DNA from: Gemmatimonadales bacterium
GTDB lineage: Bacteria; Gemmatimonadota; Gemmatimonadetes; Gemmatimonadales; GWC2-71-9
NCBI GenBank assembly: GCA_038250675.1
Contig: JBBSCB010000012.1
Span: 8,165-72,164 of the forward strand
Direction: 5' to 3'
Length of the DNA: 64,000 nt
This document shows, one piece after another, positions 57,823 through 64,000 of this stretch. The notes below the pieces were generated by a model. It searched no databases and was not told the DNA's origin. It saw only the letters and a list, made by a program, of their open reading frames with translations. The translations under genes and the position numbers were made by a program. Position 1 is the stretch's first letter, and every line of letters starts with the position of its first letter.

Positions 57823-60509
57823 CGGGTTCCCCCCGCCCTGGTCTTCATCTTCGTGGCCAGGTCGGCGAGGAAGTTCTCGATGTAGACGGCTTCGGGAATC
57901 GGCCCGGCATCCGGCTCGCGGATCATCAGGAAGCGGCGGTCATCCGGGGCCACGTTGTACTGCGGCCGATTGTTCGCGGCAGCGTACCCATCCAGCGAGA
58001 AGAGCGGGCGCGGGATGCCCGGGCTGAAGGCCGCTCCGGGAGCCACCGGCACGCTGACCAGCTTGCCGCCGCTCTTGAAGAAGAGTTCCCGGCCGCTGTG
58101 CGCCCAGCGCGGCTCGGTCCCGCCGCCTTGCGAGACCTGCATGCGCACCTTCATGTCGGGAAAGGAACCGACATACACCTCCGAGGCACCCGAGATGTCG
58201 GAGGTGAACGCCAGCCATCGCGCGTCAGGAGAGAGGGCGATCTGGGTGGTGAAGCTGCCGTCATCGAGGATGGTGCGGAGCGTGGTGTCGCCCCGGAGCC
58301 GCCGGGCGAGGACGACGCCGTACGAGCCGGACTTGTCCCGACGGATGACCTGCCACTGGCCGTCCCGCGAGTATTCCGCCTCCCAGATCCCACCATCGAC
58401 GTGGAGCGTCCGCCGTGGGGGCGAACTGCCATCGGCGGGGCTCTCGTACAGATCATTTCCCGACCCCGCCGAGCCCGACTTCGCGACACCTAGCGTGGTC
58501 ACGAAGGAAAAGGCGCGTCCGTCCGGCGTCCATGCCGCCCGCCAGGTGCCATCGTCACCGACCGAGACCTTTCTCCGGGAGCCGTCGGCCCGGCGGATCC
58601 AGAGCTGGGTGAAGGCGCCTCGGACACTCACCGCCAGGGTACGGCCATCCGGGGCGAGCGCCGGATACTCGAACGCCGCCTGCCAATCGGCGGCAAATGG
58701 CTCCGTCGTACCGTCCCGAGCGACCCACACGAGTCGTGAGTCGTTCAGGTTGCGAGTGCCGACGGAGTACACGGCGTTCCCCGAGCGCGAAAGCGCAAAC
58801 CGTGACGGTGCCACACCCGAGATCACCGGGATGGCCCCCGAGGTGATCCGCATCCGGCCGAGATCGAACCCCGCCGCGTACAGGCCGCCGTCACGCGTGG
58901 TATACAGGAGGTAGCCGTTCGGGGCGTACCAGGCCCCGCTGGCGTTGTCCACCAGCAGCTGGGTGCTGTCGGTCCGGAAGTCGTAGGCATAGATCGCCGA
59001 CCCGCTGGCGCAGTTCCCGGGACAGCCGGTGAAGAGAACGCCGTGGCTGCCGGGAAGTGCGGCGAGCGCGGTCGGGTCGATCCGACCGCTGGAGGAGGGC
59101 TTCCGCGCGATGGAGGTGGGACCGCCATCGCCGGAGACTCGACGCAGCGAGTTGGTTTGGCCGACGTAGACGATGGTGTTGTCGTCCAGCCAGTCTCCAA
59201 CCAGGTAGGTGGCGTTGGCGCTGTCCGCCAGCGGCACCGTCCCGCCGCCTGACACCGGGACCTTCCGGAGCCGGCCGCCGGCATCGAAGTACGCGATCCA
59301 CTTGCCATCGGGCGAATAGAAGGGAGACATGGCGCCCTCGGTTCCGGCGATCGGCGTGGCGTCCACCTGATCGCGGAGCTTGAGCATCAGCTGCGACGTT
59401 GCACCGACCGAATCCGAGAAGACGATGCTCGAGCCGTCCGGTGCAATGGCAACCTGCGACTGCACCCGGGCGGTGCCCGGCGCCAGGAAGTCCCCCACGC
59501 CATGGTGCCACAACACCACCCGCTGGTAGGTCGGTCCCACGGCGGGCCTCGGCCTCGTCCACCCCCACAGGGCGGCGAGCGCCAGCAGGGCAGCCGCAAC
59601 CGGCCAGGCGAATCGCACCGGCGAGGGTGCCTTCGGCGGGCGGGGCGCCGCGCGAGTCGTTCTCCCGCTCGCGGCCGCCTCGCCGGCCAGCGCGGCGGCA
59701 AACTCCCTGGCCGTCGCATAGCGGTCAGCGGGCAGTTTCTCCAGTGCCCGAAGCACCGCGACCTCGACCGACTCCGGCACCGCCTTTCGCTGGATGCTGA
59801 TCGCCCGCGGTTCGTCGGTCACCAGCCGGGCGACGATGGCCTGCACACTCGGCCCCGTGAACGGCGGCTCACCCACCAGCATCTCGTAGGTCACGACGCC
59901 GAGGGCGTAGATGTCGCTCCGCGCGTCGATCGAGCGTTCACCCATGGCCTGCTCGGGACTCATGTACTGCGGTGTGCCCAGCGAGAGCCCGGTCTGGGTC
60001 ATCCGCGCGCCGGCGGCGGTCTGCACGGCGAGCGCGATGCCGAAATCCGCCACCAGCGCATGTCCGCCCTGCAGCAGGATGTTCTCCGGCTTGATGTCGC
60101 GGTGCACCACGCCGAGTCCGTGGGCGTATCCGAGGGCGTCGGCCACCTCCCGGGCAATAAGCACCGCGGCGTCGATAGGAAGCTGGCGCTCCCGCACGAG
60201 GCGGGCCCGGAGCGTCTCGCCGGTGACGAGCGGCATCACGTAGTAGAGCAGCCCGTCGGCCTCGCCGGAATCGAGCAACGGCAGGATGTGCGGGTGCTGG
60301 AGCCGGGCGGTGGTGCGGATCTCGGAGAGGAACCGTTCCCCGCCCAGGGCGGCGCCAAGGTCGGGGTGGAGGACCTTGATGGCGACGTCGCGATCGTGCT
60401 TGAGGTCGTGGGCCAGGTAGACGGTCGCCATCCCGCCCTGGCCCAGCTCACGCTCGATGCGATACCGGTCAGCCAGCGCCGCGGTGAGGCGGTTGGGCGT
60501 CGGAGGCAT
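57819..60509 (-). CDS. Ser/Thr kinase - TM - beta-propeller (K10)
   Basis: Kinase motifs intact; SPDG repeats; start ATG 60509 or GTG 60515. Confidence 0.93.
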   Translation of the reverse strand: MPPTPNRLTAALADRYRIERELGQGGMATVYLAHDLKHDRDVAIKVLHPDLGAALGGERFLSEIRTTARLQHPHILPLLDSGEADGLLYYVMPLVTGETLRARLVRERQLPIDAAVLIAREVADALGYAHGLGVVHRDIKPENILLQGGHALVADFGIALAVQTAAGARMTQTGLSLGTPQYMSPEQAMGERSIDARSDIYALGVVTYEMLVGEPPFTGPSVQAIVARLVTDEPRAISIQRKAVPESVEVAVLRALEKLPADRYATAREFAAALAGEAAASGRTTRAAPRPPKAPSPVRFAWPVAAALLALAALWGWTRPRPAVGPTYQRVVLWHHGVGDFLAPGTARVQSQVAIAPDGSSIVFSDSVGATSQLMLKLRDQVDATPIAGTEGAMSPFYSPDGKWIAYFDAGGRLRKVPVSGGGTVPLADSANATYLVGDWLDDNTIVYVGQTNSLRRVSGDGGPTSIARKPSSSGRIDPTALAALPGSHGVLFTGCPGNCASGSAIYAYDFRTDSTQLLVDNASGAWYAPNGYLLYTTRDGGLYAAGFDLGRMRITSGAIPVISGVAPSRFALSRSGNAVYSVGTRNLNDSRLVWVARDGTTEPFAADWQAAFEYPALAPDGRTLAVSVRGAFTQLWIRRADGSRRKVSVGDDGTWRAAWTPDGRAFSFVTTLGVAKSGSAGSGNDLYESPADGSSPPRRTLHVDGGIWEAEYSRDGQWQVIRRDKSGSYGVVLARRLRGDTTLRTILDDGSFTTQIALSPDARWLAFTSDISGASEVYVGSFPDMKVRMQVSQGGGTEPRWAHSGRELFFKSGGKLVSVPVAPGAAFSPGIPRPLFSLDGYAAANNRPQYNVAPDDRRFLMIREPDAGPIPEAVYIENFLADLATKMKTRAGGTR

Positions 60510-60578
60510 GGTCACCTGGTACGGGGATGTAGCTGGGACGTGGTAATTAAGGATAGGGGCAACGGAACGGACGGGGAA

Positions 60579-60683
60579 GGACGGCTGGGACGGCTGGGAC
60601 GGCTGGGACGGCTGGGACGGCTGGGACGGCTGGGACGGCTGGGACGGCTGGGACGGCTGGGACGGCTGGGACGGCTGGGACGG
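60579..60683 (+). repeat. Perfect 9-bp tandem repeat (GGACGGCTG), 11 copies plus a partial
   Basis: Read directly from the sequence. Confidence 0.97.
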
Positions 60684-60706
60684 ACGGTGCGTCGCAAGGC
60701 CACCAT

Positions 60707-61122
60707 TGTCATCCCGAGCGACCCTGAGCGCAGCGAAGGGGAGTCGAGGGATCTACTCCGCGTGAAATCGACACCAGTCTGAGGCGACGGCCTGCGGACT
60801 CCTCGGCGCGATGTTCGGGAATCGCTCGGCACTTCCACGTCTACATCTGAGCCAGCCGCGCGCAAACCTTCTACGTCGGCGTCACGGGCAATCTCCTGCG
60901 CCGGTTAGCCCAGCACCGAAACGGCTCATCGGAATTTACGGCCCGGTACCGGGTGGATCGCCTGGTGTACTACGACGAGACGGCGGACGCGCGGCAGAAG
61001 AACGTCCAGCTGATCGAGCGATCGAACGCCCGCTGGCTGGACCTCGCCCGGAATTGGTTCGGCCCTGTGCCTGAGTAGATCCCTCGACTCCCCTCGCTGC
61101 GCTCGGGTCGCTCGGGATGACA
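60707..61122 (+). mobile_element. TIR-bounded GIY-YIG element, decayed (element B)
   Basis: ~50-bp near-perfect inverted repeats at 60707-60758 and 61073-61122, differing by two 1-nt indels, enclosing a GIY-YIG pseudogene. Confidence 0.75.
60821..61078 (+). pseudogene. GIY-YIG nuclease pseudogene
   Basis: IARHFHVYI*ASRAQTFYVGVTGNLLRRLAQH…FTARYRVDRLVYYDE…NARWLDL; no ATG (ATC), TGA at 60848-60850, AIxREKxxKGW segment deleted. Confidence 0.85.
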
Positions 61123-61174
61123 CCGTGGGGCATGGCGCTCCGTGCGGGACCGTCCGACGGCGCCGATCGTCCCG

Positions 61175-61284
61175 TCGATTCGACGCATCGACCGCGGCTT
61201 TCATGTGTCTGACCCAGGTACCACGAGACACCGAGCCGGTAGAGCACCTCGGAGGGCGAGAGAAAGAGCGGCTCGACCCCCTGG
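61175..61284 (-). pseudogene. Collapsed 3' remnant of a K6-like kinase gene
   Basis: QGVEPLFLSPSEVLYRLGVSWYL (matches 42183-42253) joined to WVRHMKAAVDASNR (matches 41968-42010). Confidence 0.8.
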
Positions 61285-61307
61285 CGTCACGGTATGCACC
61301 GGGTCCA

Positions 61308-64000
61308 TCAATGCACCCCCAGCGGCTGATACTTGTCCAGCCACGCAAGCGCCTCCTGAATCATCCGCACCCGCGGAACGAAGTGGCTGCCCTCCTCGAT
61401 CACGTGGCGCTTGTCCGCCTCCGGCGTGCCCAGCAGCCGAAACATCGGGAGCTGGGACGTGGCGATCAGGAAATAGAAATCGTAGCGGCCGTTGACCATC
61501 AGTGTGGGAATCCGGATGCGGGGGAGAAAGTTGACCGGATCCACCTCGGGTTGCGCCGCCGCGAAGGAGAGACCGGCGACCTGGAGAATGCTGACCTTGA
61601 TCCGCGGCTCGATCGCGGGCATCAGCCCGCCCATCTCGCCGCCCCAGCTCACACCGTAGTAGGCGAGCTGCGCCGTCGTGACCTCCGGGATCGTTTCCAG
61701 ATAATCCACCGCGCGCCGCAGGTCCTTGCCCCACATCACGACATGGTCACGATAGAATCGGCTCGAGTCGCTCGCATCGCTTTGCAGCGAGTCGCGGCGC
61801 TGGTAGGTCCCCTTGTAGACAGGGTACACGACCGCCCGCCCGCTCTTCAGGATGAAATCGAACAACGAGGTTTGGGCGTCGGGCGGCACCGGAAGCGTGA
61901 TCGCGCTGCCGGGCGGAAAGAAGACGACGGCGGGCGCCGGGTGGGGCGCTCGTCGCGGCAGATAGAGATAAAGCAGGAGACTGTCCCCAGCGTACGCGGC
62001 ATCGAGTTGGACCAGCCGGCGGGTCCACTCGCCCTCGTCCACCGTCTCGAGGGTCCGCGCGTGAACCGGTTTCCGATCGTATTCGTACATCTGGCGATAG
62101 GCCGCGAACACCGCGTCCTCCACCGGCTTCGCGTGCACGAGGTCGCGCAGGCGCTCGGTCACCGGCGCCGAGGCCCGCGCCAGGTTCGGCTCCGACGCCG
62201 CGTAGCGCACCAGGCGAATGCCGTTGAGCGCCGAGCGATCGAACGGGTCCTGCGCGTAAGAGTCGTTGAAGCGGTAGGGCGGATCCTCCCACCCGCCGCC
62301 CAGGATGAAGTGCTGGGTACCACTCGAGTTCAGGCACCACTCGCGGACGTTCCCGGCCATGTCGTACGTCCCGAACGCGCTGATGGACCGCGTGCTGCCG
62401 ACCGGCGCCGCACCCCGCCCGGAGAAATTGGCGGCCGGCACCATCCACGCGCTGTTCCGGATGCTGGCGGCGCGGCTCCAGTGCACGACGGTCGGGAGCT
62501 GCTTGCCACGGAAGCGCGCGTAGGCCATCGCCTCGTACCAGCTCACCCCGCCGACCGGCTCGTTCTCGCGGCCGCTCGGCGGCTCACCCGCTTCCCACGT
62601 GGCCGGGCCGGTGCGGCCGGTGCGATCGGTCATCAGCGCCATCGCGTCCTTCCAGGGGATCACCCGGCCGTCCTTCGACATCGCCTCGGTCCACAGCTCC
62701 GGCCGGCGATACCCGCCGCTATCCACGAAGCTCCGGAACTCGCGATTGGTGATCTCGTAGCGATCCATCAGGTAATCACCGAGCGCGATCGGAGCGGTGT
62801 TGTCGAATTCGGGATAGTCGGCTTGCAGCAAGCCGCCGCCCACGCGCACCATCTCGGCCGGAATGGCCGAGTCCCGGTCGAGCGTGATCGCTGAATCCTG
62901 AAACGGCATTCCAACCAGCTCCAGCGTCCGGTATCCCGGGCTCTCGATACGAAGGCGATTGGCATCGAGCAATCGGCCGCCCGGCCCGCTGAGTGCGACG
63001 AGCGCACTGTCGAGTGGCGTCCGCCCGAGCAGTTGCCAGGCTGAGTCGGGAGCGCCATACGCCTTGCGCCAGACACTGGCGCCCTCGGGCACTGTATGGA
63101 TCGGGTAGCGGCGGGCAAACCGCGACAGCAGCGCCTCGAAGAGTGAGTCGCCGGGTGCGCGCTGCTCGACCGTTTTCGCGAGTGCGTACGCCCCCTCCCA
63201 GTCGGCCGAATCCGCCAGCGCCTGCAGGCGGGGGATCGCGGTGTCGCGCACCCATGTGCGGTTCCGCCACCGGGCGATCGGGCCGGCCCAGGCCCACGCG
63301 GCAAGCAGGACCACGGCGGCCGCGGCCGCGACCCACCAGCGCCGCTGCCGAGGGGCAGCCGGTGCGACCGCCGGTTCGAGTGTGCGAATCAGCGATTCCG
63401 CCGTCTGCCAGCGATCCGCCGGATCCTTTGCCAGGCAGCGCATGATGGCCGCGGCGAGCGGCGGCGGCACGGCGGGATCGAGCGACGAAAGCGACGCGGG
63501 GGTCCGCGTCACGTGGCCGGCGATGATCGCCTGCGGTGTCGTGCCGGCGAAGGGGGTGTGTCCGCTCAGCATCTCGTAGCCGACCACGCCGGTGGCGTAC
63601 AGATCGGTCCGGCCGTCGATCTCGGCCTGCCCGAGCGCCTGCTCCGGCGCCATGTACGCCGGCGTGCCGATGGCAAGCCCGATGGTGGTGAGCGCCGTCG
63701 CGGCGGCCGGGCTCGCCGCGATCGCCTTGGCCACGCCAAAGTCCACCACGAGCGCATGCCGGCCGGACAGCATGATGTTCTCCGGCTTGATGTCGCGATG
63801 CACGATGCCATGCTGGTGAGCATGGGCCAGCGCATCCAGCACCTCACGAAGGAGCGGCATCGCCTCCGCCGCCGGCAGCGTACCGTCGCGCGTAAGGCGT
63901 GCGCGCAGACTCTCGCCCTCGACGAACGGCATCACGTAATACAGGAGTCCGGGACTCGCGCCATCCTCGGACGGCACCTCGCCGGAATCGATGAGCGTGA
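61308..64000 (-). CDS. Ser/Thr kinase - TM - FGE-sulfatase - alpha/beta hydrolase (K11), 5' end outside the window
   Basis: HRDIKPEN, DFG; VSWYEAMAYARF, DMAGNVREW; GVSWG, NGRYD, GSH. Confidence 0.92.
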   Translation of the reverse strand, partial: TLIDSGEVPSEDGASPGLLYYVMPFVEGESLRARLTRDGTLPAAEAMPLLREVLDALAHAHQHGIVHRDIKPENIMLSGRHALVVDFGVAKAIAASPAAATALTTIGLAIGTPAYMAPEQALGQAEIDGRTDLYATGVVGYEMLSGHTPFAGTTPQAIIAGHVTRTPASLSSLDPAVPPPLAAAIMRCLAKDPADRWQTAESLIRTLEPAVAPAAPRQRRWWVAAAAAVVLLAAWAWAGPIARWRNRTWVRDTAIPRLQALADSADWEGAYALAKTVEQRAPGDSLFEALLSRFARRYPIHTVPEGASVWRKAYGAPDSAWQLLGRTPLDSALVALSGPGGRLLDANRLRIESPGYRTLELVGMPFQDSAITLDRDSAIPAEMVRVGGGLLQADYPEFDNTAPIALGDYLMDRYEITNREFRSFVDSGGYRRPELWTEAMSKDGRVIPWKDAMALMTDRTGRTGPATWEAGEPPSGRENEPVGGVSWYEAMAYARFRGKQLPTVVHWSRAASIRNSAWMVPAANFSGRGAAPVGSTRSISAFGTYDMAGNVREWCLNSSGTQHFILGGGWEDPPYRFNDSYAQDPFDRSALNGIRLVRYAASEPNLARASAPVTERLRDLVHAKPVEDAVFAAYRQMYEYDRKPVHARTLETVDEGEWTRRLVQLDAAYAGDSLLLYLYLPRRAPHPAPAVVFFPPGSAITLPVPPDAQTSLFDFILKSGRAVVYPVYKGTYQRRDSLQSDASDSSRFYRDHVVMWGKDLRRAVDYLETIPEVTTAQLAYYGVSWGGEMGGLMPAIEPRIKVSILQVAGLSFAAAQPEVDPVNFLPRIRIPTLMVNGRYDFYFLIATSQLPMFRLLGTPEADKRHVIEEGSHFVPRVRMIQEALAWLDKYQPLGVH

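Noticed and set aside
60848-60850. In-frame TGA as selenocysteine or programmed readthrough
   Set aside because: It aligns to a hydrophobic (Leu) position, and the gene also lacks a start codon and the catalytic segment, so it is a pseudogene
59502-60865. (GRL)n or (PSR)n repeat proteins
   Set aside because: These are translations of the 9-bp DNA repeat inside shadow ORFs, with no independent coding evidence
63945-63985. K11 loop insert (EVPSEDGASPG) as a fourth REP copy
   Set aside because: Same loop, but the DNA shows no clear match to the REP consensus; origin undetermined

Overview
This is a high-GC bacterial window, most likely Gemmatimonadota (inferred from gene content and the kinase expansion). 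The first ~28 kb is mostly ordinary: an NdvB-like glucan synthase/phosphorylase, a radical SAM-HhH protein, hydrolases, a GNAT, a DUF5916-like protein, a hybrid histidine kinase, lipoproteins and an M28 peptidase. From ~29 kb to the window end lies a co-oriented, mostly translationally coupled array of 11 Hanks-type Ser/Thr receptor kinases, with a twelfth at 22.6 kb. Each joins a conserved kinase and TM helix to a variable C-terminal module (TolB-like beta-propeller, TolB-N/TPR, or FGE-sulfatase plus alpha/beta hydrolase). The array shows signs of cassette turnover: mosaic kinase/sensor pairings, orphan 5' kinase stubs, a collapsed 3' remnant and a 3.1-kb metal-handling insert between 42-bp direct repeats. 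It also holds two self-promoted toxin-antitoxin-like modules. Overlaid on this is a family of ~27-bp GTCA-tagged palindromic repeats (REP-like). These form terminal inverted repeats around two small GIY-YIG nuclease genes (one intact, one decayed) and are inserted in frame at the same loop of three kinase genes. The best candidates for an undescribed system are the GIY-YIG/REP element and the shuffled receptor-kinase array. All homology calls come from motif recognition only; no searches were run.
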